Shown here: positions 42,835 through 57,214 of the stretch, one piece after another
Layout of the letters: each line of letters starts with the position of its first letter
How positions within the stretch are numbered: position 1 is the stretch's first letter
Assembly: GCA_009914755.4 (NCBI GenBank)
Contig: CP068257.2
Location: forward strand, 34,208,001-34,272,000
Origin: the human T2T-CHM13v2.0 reference genome, Homo sapiens
Length of the DNA: 64,000 bases
Reading direction: 5' to 3'
Program-made: the position numbers and the translations under genes
Notes under the pieces: model-generated
What the model saw: the letters and a program-made list of their open reading frames with translations, nothing else
Told to the model about the DNA's origin: nothing
Databases searched by the model: none

Positions 42835-43222
42835 TGTATTAGTCCCTTCTCACCCTGCTGATAAAGACATACCTGAGACTGGGTAATTTATAAAGAAAAA
42901 CAGGTTTAATGGACTCACAGTTCCACGTGACCGGGGAGGCCTCCTGATCATGGCAGAAGGTGAAAGGCACGTCTTACAAGGCTGCGGCAAGAGAGAATGA
43001 GAACCAAGCAAAAGGAGTTTCCCCTCATAAAACCATCAGATCTAATGAGACTGATTCACTACCACAAGAACACTATGAGAACAGTATGAGGAAAACCGCC
43101 CCCATGATTCAATTACCTCCCACCACGTACCTCCCACAACACGTGGGAATTATGGGAGCTACAATTCAAGATGAGATTTGGGTGGGGACACAGAGCCAAA
43201 CCGTATCACTAATACAAGAGGT
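42835..43222 (-). mobile_element. MaLR solitary LTR (THE1/MST-like), minus strand
   Basis: Reverse complement of the MaLR LTR: 'gtattagtcccttctcaccctgctgataaagacatacctgagactgggtaatttataaag...cacgtgaccggggaggcctcctgatcatggcagaaggtgaaaggcacgtcttacaaggctgcggcaagagagaatgagaacc...ccccatgattcaattacctcccaccac...acgtgggaattatgggagctacaattcaagatgagatttgggtggggacacagagccaaaccgtatcac'. Confidence 0.85.
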
Positions 43223-43619
43223 AGCTGGGAATACTGACGTCATCAGCTGCTCAAAAAGGGGAACTGACAGCTTCTAGCCAAGTCCTCAAAACTGGGCCAA
43301 AGCAGCATTATAAAAACTATATTACAAGGTAAAAGTCACACTACATAAAATCAGCCATTTTAAAATAAAACATTCAATGGCATTTAGTATACTCACAATG
43401 TTGTGCAACCAGCCACCACCTCTGTCTAGTTCCAAAACACTGTCATCATCCCAAAAGAAACTCTGGACTCATAAAGCAGTTACTCTCCATTCTCCCACTG
43501 CTACCACCTCGTTTCCAGTCCTGCCAGATCCTGGCAATGACCAATCTGCCTTCTGTCTCTATGGGCTTACCTATTCCAGATATATGATATAAATTTAATC
43601 ATACAAAGTGTGACTATCA

Positions 43620-43990
43620 TGGGCTGAATTACGCCTCCCTAAAATTCACATGTTGAAGCTCTCAATTCCCAATGAGACCATATTTGGAGATGGGGCTTTT
43701 TAAGAGGTAATTAAGGTTACATGAGATCATAAGGGTGGGGCCCTAATCCCATAGGAGTGGTGTCCTTATCAGAAGAGGAACACACGCCAGGGATGTGAGT
43801 GCACAGAGGAAAGGCCGTGTGAGGACACAACAAGAAGGCAGCCATCTGCACGCCAAGGAGAAAAGCCTTGGGAGAAAACTAACCTGCCAACACCTTGATC
43901 TTAAACTACTAGCTTCTAGAACTGGGAGAAATCAATTTCTGTTCTTCAAGCTGCCCAGTCTGTGATATTTCACAATGGCAGCCTGAGCAG
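43620..43990 (+). mobile_element. Ancient LTR-class repeat, same family as 26640-27165
   Basis: 'atgggctgaattacgcctccctaaaattcacatgttgaagc...ggtaattaaggttacatgagatcataagggtggggccctaatcccataggagtggtgtccttatcagaagaggaacacacgccagggatgtgagtgcacagaggaaaggccgtgtgaggacacaacaagaaggcagccatctgcacgccaaggagaaaagccttgggagaaaactaacctgccaacaccttgatcttaaactactagcttctagaactgggagaaatcaatttctgttcttcaagctgcccagtctgtgatatttcacaatggcagcctgagcagattaacac'. Confidence 0.55.
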
Positions 43991-44039
43991 ATTAACACAG
44001 TGGCTTTTTGTGTCACATAGCATAAAGTTTTCAATGCAT

Positions 44040-44320
44040 TGTAGGAGGTGTCAGTACTTCATTCCTTTTTAATGGCTGAATAATATTCCATTATATGTAT
44101 ATACCACAATTTTTTTACCCATTCATCCATTAATGGATATTTGGGTTATTTCTGCCTTTTGGGTATTGTGAATAATGCTGCCATAAACATTCATGTCCAT
44201 CCATTTGTTTGAGTAACTGTTTTCAATTCTTTTAAGTACATAGGAATGAAATTGCTGGGCCTTATGGTAATTCTATATTTAACTTTTCAGGAACCAGCAA
44301 ACTCGTTATTTTTAAAGTAT
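44040..44320 (-). mobile_element. Old L1 (L1M/L1P-type) ORF2-end fragment, antisense
   Basis: 'ttttaatggctgaataatattccattatatgtatataccacaatttttttacccattcatccattaatggatatttgggttatttctgccttttgggtattgtgaataatgctgccataaacattcatgtcc' matches the widespread antisense L1 motif '...tagtattccattgtgtatatgtaccacattttctttatccattcatc.gttgatggacatttaggttg.ttccaa...ctattgtgaatagtgctgcaataaacat'. Confidence 0.75.
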
Positions 44321-45237
44321 TCACTTCAGTGCCTATCACGTACAGGCCCTGTTTCACAGAGTGGGTGGAAATATCTATGAGCCATCATCCCTGCCCTACT
44401 GCCTCTGCAGGTTCTGTCTGTGAGAACCATTCCTCCAAAAGAAAAGCAGTAGCTATAATTTTCCATGGGATCTTAGTTTTATTCAAAATGAGTACCTGGG
44501 CAAACTCATGACAATTGAACCTCAAATGTCAAAGTAGCCTTTGTTTTCCAAATATTTATATTTCAAATGTTTATGGGCAAATAGACCTATTCTCTTAATT
44601 AATGCTGATATCCTCTAAGTAGGCCAAACTTGACCTTCTATAGCATCAAATAAAATATATTTCTAGGCCTCCGATCATACACATCCATGCATGAATGGAT
44701 ACAAAATGGCAGAAAGGTCAGAGAGACAAAGACTGCCAAACTGGAGAGGGATCGATTAACAGAGTTCGCAGAAACACGGACAGGAAGAAAACATAGCAGA
44801 CCTCAGAGAACCTAAGCCAGGGCAGAGATTCAAAGAGGAGAACAACACAAGAATGCCAGGATGCAGAGAGGATCTACCAGTTTTGGAAGGAGGCAGGGTT
44901 AAGAGATGAGAGAGGAATGTTAGTTTCATGCCCTTGCCAATATCTTTCATAGCTAATTACACCCTGACAACCTATAAATTCCTCTAATAGTTTTCACTGG
45001 AGAAACTATTCTTCTACCCACTCCTACAAATATGAAGCAGGGTCGCTGGTCCAGACTAGCTTCCAGAATCACCCAAGTGGTGCTGATTATCAGTGGTGGG
45101 TGTGGACAACGGAGAAAACAAGAAGGCATTTTTCTGAGAGCGCTTGTGGCAAAAATCACCTTGTATGGTAAATACCAGATTCCACACATCAAGTGTCCTT
45201 ATTTCCTAACTGAAAGAAATAACTAAGGAGTTTCTCT

Positions 45238-45300
45238 CTTTCTTGCTCTCTTCTCTTCTCTCTCTCTCTCTCTCTCCTCTTCTTACTCTCCCCACTCTCC
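45238..45300. repeat. (CT)n / CT-rich microsatellite
   Basis: 'tcttgctctcttctcttctctctctctctctctctcctcttcttactctccccactctcc'. Confidence 0.93.
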
Positions 45301-47399
45301 CCAACCCCTGACCTGAAGATCCACACAATAGCTAACCTCTCTAACCAATCAACTCTCAAAGTCTATTTTTCAGAGACATGGGATTTCTCTTTCTCACCAT
45401 GGAAGGGTTCGGATTCCACATATGTCACCTAGGAGACAAAAATTGAGTGTTTCAGAGAAAACAAGCTCACTCGTCTCCAACCAGCACTTTCTCTCATGGT
45501 TCCAGATGAAGACCATAATATTAAGCATTTCTACGGTACCTTTCGTCTTCCAGTACTTTTCACACACAGTTCAGGAAAGGAGGGAGCAGTGGTAGGCTGA
45601 CACATCACCTCCAAAACCCTAGACCACTGTTTTTCAGGTGGCTAGTCTATATCGCGACTGTTTAAATAAAGCAGAAACCAGATAAAAGCTCATTCAAAGG
45701 GACCAGTTATAGAAAGAGAGTGAACTATCTAGGGGCAAAAGAAAGTAATAAAATGTTCAAGTCCCCAAACATAAGGTTCATCTCTGCTAAGGGTGACTGA
45801 CTGTGGAGTCAGGCACGCCTGTTTCAAATTCTTATCCTGCCACTTACTACCTCCATATCCTCTGAAAGCATTAATATTCTCATTGGGGAAAAAAATGGGA
45901 GAAATTACCTACAAAATAGGTTTAAGTGAATTAACGTCTAGCCTAATGATCAGTAATGGTGGTGGTAGTAATAATAATATGCCACACATCAATGACCCAA
46001 GTTTTAGAGTATAATTTATTATGTTATAGAGCTAAATTTTTCTAAAATATTAAATAGTTTGAAGACCCTTGAAAGTGTTGAAAAAGTAATGTGTTTTCAC
46101 TTTTGAGAAATTTGCAGGTTGGTTTTTTAATGGTTTTAAAGCCTCTGCAGCTGACAGCAGGGCATTATTCATGCAGCACCAGTGGGTAAACCTAGGCCCT
46201 TCCATGCTTGTGTAAGGATATCTGGGTGTGAGAGATGTACCATGTTATAACCATACAGGCTTCTTCTCCAATCCATCACCATGTTCACCGCCACTATTTC
46301 CTTTCTGGGCAAAGACTTGGAGGTGGCATCATTTGTAGAAGGAATTTCTCCAGGGCACAGAAAGACTTCCCAAGAAGTACTGATTTAAGGCTGAAAGTTG
46401 TTAGTAACTTCTATGAGTGAAGACAGGAGTGAAGAATGTGGAGGCTTACAATTGCTTTCTCATCAACAGATAACTTAGACATGTGAAATAATTTTTTTAC
46501 CTTGTAGATTTGGGACAACATCTTCCCTTGAATACAACTAATCAAACTGGGCTTGCTAGGAGAATTTTGAACGTCCAACTGCATGTTCACTGATGGCTTT
46601 AAAATCCATATCTCCAGCACAGATCTTGCCTATGAACTCCCAAACCATCAATTCCACCTGGACATCTCAAATTCCACATGTCCAAGTCTGACCTTATCAT
46701 CTCCTTCTCAAATCTCAGCCCTTCTTCCCCACCTCCTTTGAATCTCTCTCAGTGCATCTTCCTGGATCTGGTCTCACTGGGTAGAAACTGAGGGGTCATT
46801 CTTGGCACCATTTTCTCCATCTCTGCAACACACATGAAAGGCAACCCATCACCGACTCTTGTCCATCTGCACTGCAAATAACCATCAGGTCTCACTGCTT
46901 TTCTCCAATTCCATGGCCACCAACCTACAGACCCAGGAGACCAATATTTATTGCATGAACTAGCCCTCCAGCATCTGCCTTGGCCCTGTCCTATTCTCTT
47001 CCTCACAGTGACCAGAATAATCTTCTCAAAGTTCTACCTTAAAACCCATCTGGACTTCCCACTGTCCATGAGTAAAGGAGAAAATCCTGAGCATGGCCTT
47101 CTCCTTTACCATGCTCATCATGCTCTGACCTCACAGACTTCCCCACCCTGAGCTCCAGCCAGAGAACTTCAGTTATACACCCGCTCATGCCAAAGGGTAT
47201 TTACTCATCCATGTTCTTCCCCTCTCAGAGGCTCTCTTTCTCCTAACTCCCTCTTCCATCTGAACAATTCCTACTTTCCCTTCAAATCTTCATGTAAAAA
47301 TCACTTCCCAAAAAAACTCTCTTGGTCAGGTTCGTTGGTTCCATATGGTCCCATGTGCTCATGGAACTGTATCTCTTTCTTTCATTGCTCTCCTTTCAG

Positions 47400-47590
47400 T
47401 CCACTTTGATTCCCTCACCGTTGTGCCCATGTGTCACTGTGTGTCCCCTGCTAGACTGTAAGGTCAGTAAGAGCAGGGACTATGTCTGGTTTGCCCACCA
47501 TTATAACCTCACTGCCAAGCCCAGTGCCTGGTAAAAAGAAGGCACTTGGTGAAAATAGATGTTGAATGAATGAATGAGTGAACGAATGTA
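47400..47590 (+). mobile_element. MIR 3' fragment
   Basis: 'ctgctagactgtaaggtcagtaagagcagggactatgtctggtttgcccaccattataacctcactgccaagcccagtgcctggtaaaaagaaggcacttggtgaaaatagatgttgaatgaatgaatgagtgaacgaatg' matches MIR '...ctgtaagctccatgagggcagggactgtgtctgtcttgttcactgctgtatccccagcgcctagcacagtgcctggcacatagtaggcactcaataaatatttgttgaatgaatgaatgaatg'. Confidence 0.8.
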
Positions 47591-47662
47591 AAGAGGTATA
47601 TGACACATCTAATAGGAGGATGGGGGAATTTGAGTGTAACCTTAAAAAGAGTTCTTCTATAA

Positions 47663-47830
47663 GGCCGGGTACAGTGACATGCACCTGTAGTCACTGCTCA
47701 AGAAACTGAGGCAGGAGGATGGCTAGAGCCCAGGAGACGCAGGCTGTGGTGTACTATGATCATGCCCACGGACAGGACTATACTCCAACCTGGGCAACAT
47801 AGCCAGACCCCATCTATTTTTTAAAAAAGG
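47663..47830 (+). mobile_element. Alu monomer-like fragment (FRAM/FLAM or partial Alu)
   Basis: 'ggccgggtacagtgacatgcacctgtagtcactgctcaagaaactgaggcaggaggatggctagagcccaggagacgcaggctgtggtgtactatgatcatgcccacggacaggactatactccaacctgggcaacatagccagaccccatctatttttt'. Confidence 0.7.
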
Positions 47831-48124
47831 TTCTGTAGGACAAAATCTCAGAGCATGGCAAAGGAAGGGCAGAAGGGATATTGTTTCCCAGGAAAATACT
47901 ACAGCAAATTTGTAGGAAGAAAGGGTGCAAACACTTGGGTATCCTCCCCTCATGTCACCCCTTGGAATCTCAGCTTTCCGACGGAGCAAGTAGGGGTGGA
48001 AGTGCTTGGAAGAAAAGAGGAAAATGTTGCAAAACATTCTAAAGCTATCAGGACAAAATGTATACGTGCCAGAGAACATGAGGTAGAAATTGTACTTATC
48101 TATAGTTTTAGAAAATGAGCAAGG

Positions 48125-48753
<629 letters not shown>

Positions 48754-50217
48754 TCATGCCTTTGTTTGGTTTCGGTAATTACTTGTTCATTTAAAAAGAA
48801 AAAGAAATATATGAAAATGAACATTTCTCTCACATGTCTGCCTACATTTCAAATAAAGGTTTCATGTGGCATCTTGAAGGAACTGAAACCCTAGTAACGC
48901 AAGGAGAAAACCATCCTGCAGAAAAACTGGCACCCCCCCCAAAACAGCTATCATTCTGTTCTTTCCAGCACGAAAAGGGAAAGTGTATTTCTCTGTTTAC
49001 CTTTACATTTTCAACTTTAAAGCAATGTCAACAATAACCTGACATTGCATTTCAAGCAGAACAACAGCATTCTAAACTCCGGCATTATAGAAAAGTAAAA
49101 AATGGATATGCAGCTGGTTTCTCTTGCCCCGGCTCGTAAGATGGAGAAAATGTTTGAAAAGTAAATCCCATGAATTACAGGTGATGTTGTCGCACATTCA
49201 GCCTTCTCTTATCCCACCTGTCTTACTCCAGCGTCTCTACCTGAGCTACCTCCAAGCCAACATAGAGCCCTTTTCTTCTAAGTTTGCTAAACTTTCATCT
49301 TTACCTCTCTGACATTTTCTTGCCTTGCCAAAATTCCTAAAGCTTTCAGGGTGGTTAACAAACAGTAGGTGTCAGCCTAAGGGTTAAGAATTCATGCTCC
49401 CAGATGATAATCATCAGTAGATTGTTCTGGAAAATTAAATACACCTGAGCCAAGTTTCTTAAGGCTGTACTCTGGAGATGTTTCAATTTATTTTTTAAAA
49501 AAAGAAGAAACAGTTCAAGAATGTGAACTTTGTTTCTCACATATATTTTCCTAGGCTTCTTTTCTTTCCTTTTGTTTTTTTTTTTTTTTTTTTGGTATTT
49601 CACTATGTGCTTTGGCTTTTCCCCAGATTTTTACCTACCCTTGTCCTCTCTGACATATGAAAAATGTTCTTGCATTCTGCCACCTTAGCAAGGGCATCGA
49701 ATGACAAAAGAAACTGTTCATTCCAGAAGTCCTGATGGCACTATCGTTAGATTTAGACTCACCTATCTGCACAGACTTCCAGAGGCAAGGACAGACAGCA
49801 CGTGGCTCACTCGATAGGTGGGGCATTCATTCAGAGATGCTCACTTAGTGCCTACTATGCACCAAGCATTGTGCTTGCAGTGAGGCTCCAAGAAACTAAT
49901 GGGGATATTCTAGTTCTCCAGGAATTCCCCTCTGTTGTGAGTGATGGACTAGAATAGAAGTAGGCACAGGCTGTACCAGAAGAGCAGACACTTGCTATAG
50001 AAGGAAGGCCAGGAACACTGCTTGTGATGTGGCTACTGCTTCACTGGACAGTGAAGGTGCCTAACAGCCATTCCAGAGAGAAAGGCCAGCAGAGACAAAG
50101 GCACAGAAACATGAAAGGGCAGAGGGTGATGGAGACACAGGTGTTTCCAGGTGGCCAGACCAGATCACAGCAAGAGTGGCAAAAATGAAGCCTATAAATA
50201 TCTGTTGAAAATAGATT

Positions 50218-51150
50218 ATAATGGGAGAAAAATTTTGCAATCTATCCATCTGACAAAGGGCTAATATCCAGAATCTACAAGGAACTTAAACAAGTTTACA
50301 GGAAAAAAAAAACCCATCAAAAAGTGGGCAAAAGATACGAACAGACATTTCTCAAAAGAACACATTTATGCAGACAAAAAACATGAAAAAAAGCTCATCA
50401 CCACTGGTCATTACAGAAATGCAAATCAAAACCACAATGAGATGCCATCTCACACCAGTTAGAATGGTGATCATTAAAAAGTCTGGAAACAACAGATGTT
50501 GGAGAGGATGTGGAGAAATAGGAATGCTTTTACACTGTTGGTGGGAGTGTAAATTAGTTCAACCACTGTGGAAGACAGTGTGGTGATTCCTCAAGGATCT
50601 AGAACCAGAAATACTATTACTGGGTATATACCTAAAGGATTATAAATCATTCTACTATAAAGACACAGGCACACATGTTTATTGCAGCACTATTTACAAT
50701 AGCAAAGACTTGGAACCAACCCAAATGCCCATCAATGATAGACTGGATAAAGAAAATGTGGCACATAAACATGATGGAATATTATGCAGTCATAAAAAAA
50801 GAATGAGTTCATGTCCTTTGCAGGGACATGGATGAAGCTGGAAACCATCAACCTCAGCAAACTAACACCAGAATAGAAAACCAAACAACGCATGTTCTCA
50901 CTCATAAGTGGGAGTTGAACAATGAGAACATACGGACAAAGGGAGGGGAACATCTCACACCCGGCCTGTTAGTGGGTAGGAGGAAAGGGGAGGGAGAGCA
51001 TTAGGACAAATACCTAATGCATGCAAGACTTAAAACCTAGATGACAGGTTGATAGGTGCAGCAAACCACCGTGGCACATGTATACCTATGTAGCAAACAT
51101 GCACATTCAGCACATGTATCCCAGAACTTAAAGTAAAATAAAAAAAGAAA
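50218..51150 (+). mobile_element. 5'-truncated L1 3' end (L1PA-like; ORF2 C-terminus plus 3' UTR)
   Basis: 'aatgggagaaaaattttgcaatctatccatctgacaaagggctaatatccagaatctacaaggaacttaaacaagtttacaggaaaaaaaaaacccatcaaaaagtgggcaaaagatacgaacagacatttctcaaaagaacacatttatgcagacaaaaaacatgaaaaaaagctcatcaccactggtcattacagaaatgcaaatcaaaaccacaatgagatgccatctcacaccagttagaatggtg...gcacattcagcacatgtatcccagaacttaaagtaaaataaaaaaag'. Confidence 0.92.
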
Positions 51151-52899
51151 ATATATTTTGAGAGTTTTGGAGTGTCATGCTAAGAAGGTTGGATTTATCC
51201 TGCATTAAGAGGGGAAAATACAAGGTGAGCTTTCCATCTAGCAAGAGGTTCAACCAGGAGCTCTACTAGAAAACATAATGCACTGTGTTTCCCCTGTGGC
51301 TGGAGAAGTGTGCATTGGGAGAGTAGAAAGGAGGGCGAAATACCTTCCAACTGATGGCAATTTGGGGAGGACTTCACAAAGAAGGTGGCCTCTGAGCAAC
51401 ACCTTGAAGGATGAGCAGAACTGAGCCCATGAGAGATGGTGGTGAGGAAGGGTGCCCAGCTGAGAGCAGAGGCACAGGTTGGTGAGTGGGCATGTCTTAC
51501 TCAGGAAGGAGCCTGGGGTCTTCTAGGGTTGGCCTATGGCTGTTGGAGGTTTGGAGCAGGAGAAAAGCTGGAAAGTTACTCTGAGATCCCATTGCGGAGG
51601 CCTTTGAATGCCTTGTTAAGGATGTTGTCCTGAAGGCAACAGGAGATCTACAGGATTAGGATTTAGAAGTTAACTCTGGCAACATGGATTGGATAAGGAG
51701 TGAGACCAGGCAAGGACACTAGTCCAGAGGCCACTGCAAAAAAAATAGGCAAGAGATGAGAAGAGCCTTGTGGCTGAGTCTGGGTGTGCTGGTGGCTCAT
51801 GCTGCCCAGCCTCCCTTGAAGCTGGGTGTGGCCCTGTGGAAGATGAGCAGGAGGGGCATGCCCGACTACCAGACCTACCCATCAATGCTCCCAGAGGGCC
51901 TCTTCATTACCTTTTTCCTTCCAGCTGGCAGGCATAAAGCTGACCTCAGGGTGGCCCTGGAAGCCCAATAAACACGGCTGAGCCTTCAGCAGCCTGAATC
52001 CCTGAATGACTGCATGGACAGGGCCACACTGGTGACCAGCTGACTCACCCAGTACTGTTACGTGACCAAAAACTAACCTTCTATTGGTTCTGTGACATTT
52101 TTTACTTTGAGATCTATTTATTGTACCAGCAATGCATACCCTACCTAACACTGATGGTTAGATGGTACAGTGGAGATGGAAAGAGACCGTCAAAAGACAT
52201 TGTACAGGTTAGTCCTCAAGACTTGGCTACCCATTTCAAGTGGAAGGTAAGAGTGAAGAGTGAAAGATGGCGCCAACATTTGCAGCCTGGATGAAGGGGC
52301 AGGTGGTGAGGCCATTAATCTGAAAGAGTGACCATGGGAGGAGAAGGCTTAGAGGAAGGCAATGAGATTCACCGGGGACCTGCAGAAGTTGGGGTATCTG
52401 TGGGGAGACCGGGGTGGGACTGTGCAGTGGGCAGTTAGGACTACAGGCATGGAGCCTAATCATAGAGGCCAGTAAAGCTGCCCAATCGCCTCCAGAACAG
52501 CCCAGGCTGCCCAGGAGGCCTCCCTTTGTACTTTCCTCACACTACAAAAAAAAAATGTAGCAAATGTCAAAGACACACAGATTGTATTAATTAATTATTT
52601 AAAATATCATTGACAACAATAGGTGAACTCTGAATGGGTTACAGGTGATAAATTATTCTGGGTTTTAAAAATCCCCACTCTGTGCCTCACTAGCATAGCA
52701 GGAAACTTAGTCTCTCAGGGCTTCTGTTTTCCTCCTGTGTAAAATGGATGCCTCTGTCCTTGCTGTGTGGCTGGGAGGAATAAATGGGGTGATGTAGTCA
52801 CCAGCCCATTACACAGGGCTCAGATAATCACCAGTATGTGTGATTACCATAAGCCATTCTTCTAATATTGGTAACAACAGCTGACACTGATTGAATTAT

Positions 52900-53095
52900 T
52901 CTTAGTGTTCTACCTGATCTACCCATTTAATCTTGATAACTCCTCGAGGTAAGTACCTCCATTTTCCCCACTCTATAGATGAGGAAATAGACCAGAGAGG
53001 TTAGGTAGCTTGCTCCAGGTGATACAGCTAACAGTAAAGCTGGGCTATGGCCCCATCAGGTAGAGTCTGGCTCACGGACTCTTTCCTGCCACATG
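52900..53095 (+). mobile_element. MIR fragment (core region)
   Basis: 'cattttccccactctatagatgaggaaatagaccagagaggttaggtagcttgctccaggtgatacagctaacagtaaagctgggctatggccccatcaggtagagtctggctcacggactc' matches MIR 'attttacagatgaggaaactgaggctcagagaggttaagtaacttgcccaaggtcacacagctagtaagtggcagagctgggattcgaacccaggt'. Confidence 0.75.
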
Positions 53096-54074
53096 ACATA
53101 TCCATGGCAGGAGACACAGTCCTCTCGGGAGCACGGATGCATCTCCAATGACTGAAAGCACTTGCTCATCATTTTTGTGGAGCATTCAGCAGCAGAGCTG
53201 GCAGTTCTCAGGAGGTTCTAAGTGGTTATGAGAACCTCGACTCATTCTTGAAGAGCAGTTTTATAATAACAGGAAAAAGTCAATAATTCCAGATAAATAA
53301 ATGCCGGTTGGGCAAAATAACCCTGAGGCTTATACAATGCTCTTAATTTTTCAAAGCATGTCCACAGGCTGCATCCCATTTCCAAAGGGCATTGGATACA
53401 AGCCCTTCAAAGGTCCAGGGAGGGAACTACGGTACCCTGGCAGAGAATATGGAAGCTGTCATGCTGCGAAGACAGCTTCACTGCACCTGGCCCTCCTCTT
53501 TCTCATGCTGAACCTTCATGAACCAGGAAGACGAGTACGATGGGAGAGAGGACAGAGATGGGTCATTGCAGCTGCTCTGGCCCTCACATCAATTGCAGGA
53601 CCCATCCCATTTGGAAATAGCACTGCTGGGAAGAACCCTCTCGAGAGGCTGCTGCCACTGTCATTGCCACTGGTCTCTCTCTTTTAGGCGGTCCTATTAC
53701 TTGTTTCAGTCTGGGGACAAAGGCAGACTGGGGTGCAGGCTCTGCTACAATGTACTGAATGTTAAAGTACCAAAAGGCTAAAACCAGAGCACCAGGATGA
53801 TGCTTGGGAATACTCCAGGGCTTGGGATGGCTCAGCCCCCAGTGCTCTGACTGATGGAGTATAAATTCCCAAACAGGAGACACTGGATGCTGTGCTGCCT
53901 CCATGTTACCAATAGGATGCCCAGGCAGTTTCAAAACTGAAGAGTGTGGAGCCCTTCTGTAGGGTAGGGGGTCTCTGACCCTGTCTGCGGGGCCCTCTCC
54001 AGGACTCAAGCTGCCATGGCCATCGTGGCCAGTCCTCAGCCACCTCCCCAGCTCTCACCACTGGCATGCAAGGG

Positions 54075-54523
54075 GAGCTGTGAGTGCTGAGGCCTTTTCT
54101 CCATGCACAGATGGCCTCAGGCCCCTCTCAGGATTCTGCAGAGCTGGTAGACGTCCCTCTCCCAGCCAGGATCCTGATTGCCAGGCTTCAGCACCCATGA
54201 AACCCCACATCTTCTTCACACAGACTGAGAATTGCATTCACAGTGGGTTTACCCGTTCACAGGTCTAACAGAGCACTTCCACCACAGGCATTTTTAATGA
54301 GCTGTGAGTGCTGAGGCCTTTTCTCCATGCACAGATGGCCTCAGACCCTTCTCAGGATTCTGCAGAGCTGGCAGACGTCCCTCTCCCAGCCAGGATCCTG
54401 ATTGCCAGGCTTCAGCACCCATGAAACCCTATCATCTTCTTCACACAGACTGAGAATTCCATTCACAGTGGGTTTACCCATTCACAGGTCTAACAGAGCA
54501 CTTCCACCACAGGCATTTTTAAA
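54075..54523. repeat. Two-copy direct tandem duplication of a ~224-bp unit (copy 1 at 54075-54298, copy 2 at 54299-54523), about 94 percent identical
   Basis: Both copies read 'gagctgtgagtgctgaggccttttctccatgcacagatggcctcag.ccc.tctcaggattctgcagagctgg.agacgtccctctcccagccaggatcctgattgccaggcttcagcacccatgaaaccc...tcttcttcacacagactgagaatt.cattcacagtgggtttaccc.ttcacaggtctaacagagcacttccaccacaggcatttttaa'. Confidence 0.9.
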
Positions 54524-55434
54524 AGCTGCCCAGGGCGTCTAAGAGGCAACATCTTAACCGATAAGACCCACCGATTCAAGCTCTTCCATTTGCTGATGAG
54601 GAAGCCAGGCCCAGGATGTGAAGAGATTTCCCTAAAGTCACATAGCTATGAAGGAAACCTGGTCACCCTCCAGCATGACACAGATGCTGAAACAACTTTA
54701 ATATTTTCTCTAGGTCTAGAGAAGGGACATCACCTCTTTCAGGGGAAGGGGTAAATTGTCTTTATTTACTTACACATAATAATTCAACATTTTAATGCTG
54801 AACATTCTACGGGCTCTATAAGCTACTAGAATAAATGAGTTACCAAGATTACAGGATAAAAAAGTAATATATAAAAAAGTACTGTATTTCTAAATACTAG
54901 CAACAAACATCAAAAATAGACATTTAAAAAACAAAACCACTTACAACAGCATTAAATTTTTTGATACTTAGGGATAAATCTGACAAAAAGAACGTTCATC
55001 TATACACTAAAAACTATAAAACATTGCTGACAGAAATTTAAAAATCTTTTAAAAATGGGGAGAAACACCATGTCTATGAGTTGAAAGACTCAGGATTGTT
55101 AAAATGTCAAATTAATCTATAGATTCAATGCAATCTCAAACAAAATGCCAGCAATATATTTGTAGATATTTACAAGCTAATTCTAAAATCAGTATGGAAA
55201 GCAAAGGGCCTATTATAGCCAGAACAATTTTGAAAAAGAAATAAGCTGAAGAATTACACCTGATTTAATTGTGTTTGGGGCTTATGGCTTTTTAAATTTT
55301 TTAATTAACAGATAATCAATGTATATATTCATGAAGTACAATGTGATGTTTAATATATGTATACATTGTGGAATGATTAAATCAACCTAATTAATATATC
55401 CATCACTTCACCTATTTATCATTTCTTGTGATGA

Positions 55435-55809
<375 letters not shown>

Positions 55810-57214
55810 TAATAATGGAAATTGTACATCCTTTGACCAACATCTTTCCTTCCCCCCTCTTCTCCACCAGACTCTGTCTCTGCTTTTTCTACCTGCTTCA
55901 ATGTGAATATCTTTCTCAGTTGTTCAGTATGCAGGAGTCTTTCACCTAGTTTCTGCTTTCTCTCAGGGAGTATTGATCCATATGTAGGTGTTCATTAGGT
56001 GCATCTGTCAGAAAAGGGATAGTCAGGACCCTCCTATTCCACCATGTTGCTGATGTAACATCACCTCTTGATTTGAATCCTCCCTAGTGAACAATCACCT
56101 AGCTCTCATTGGTAACAGCAACTTCTCCCCTTAGCAAAGCAGACTTCATAGCAGGGAGCACTGAGGCTCAAAGAAGCAGCAGCATTTGCTGATAAACAGG
56201 TGCTGGAGAATATTCAGAGCAGCAAGAGCAGAGGTGTGGATGTGGGACCTCCTGAGACCCATAACATGGACCCAGAGTAAATCGTTCAATGGGATGGAGC
56301 ATAAGGTGGTGAAACAGAAAGGTGAGAGGCAGATTTAAATGATGTATATCCTTGTCACTGTTCTTCAAAACTAACTTCCAATTAATATGCTGTATGGTAA
56401 ACATATCTGAGAGCAATAACGTAGACTCCCTGAGACTGACCCTGTATGGCAGACACATCTAAATGTGTGCTCTGAGCTAGGAAATCTGACAGCGCCAAAC
56501 ACATAGATTTGTTCCTTTTCTATGAGGAACATCTGAGCTCCGAGCCTGGCCCATGGAACACAGGCCATACTGGGAATCAAGGCCCTTTGTTTTGGGGTAA
56601 GTGAAAGTTGCCAGTTGAAGACTGTCGGAGGGTGCTAAAAGAAAATGTGATGTAAGCTGCATGCCTTTTGCAAGCAGTTGCAGTTATAATGCTCAGCCTG
56701 CCCCCACTAGGCCATGCAGTTCTCCTGTCTAGCCTGCTACCACTGGACTCTCTCCCCTGCACGTAAGTCCCCAGTAAAACCCATGTCTCATTTGCTGGCT
56801 CTGGGTCTCTTCTTCAGCCTCTTGCATCTAGTACCACACCCACTGGAGTCGATACGGATTCGACACAACACATGCATACAGAGATTTAAGTCCCACCATG
56901 TATAATTCTATCTTATAGCAGTTTCAAGAAGTCTGTACCCCAGGAGCATTGAAGGGGGATCAAATCTTACTAATCGTAGGAAATAGCTTCATCTAAAGAA
57001 GAATTTCCCAATTGTTGGAGCTTTTCTTAAAAGGCATGGGCTGCTGACAAAGTAATGTGCTCCCTGTTGCTCAATGCATTCAAGCAACTGGATGCATTCA
57101 AGATGGGCTGGATGACCATCTGCCTGGAAGGTCAAAGAGATTTTTACCTTAGTAGGAAGTTGGTGGGAGGACTTTTAAGGAGGCTTCCAATCATGACAGA
57201 TTGTGATCTTTTGG

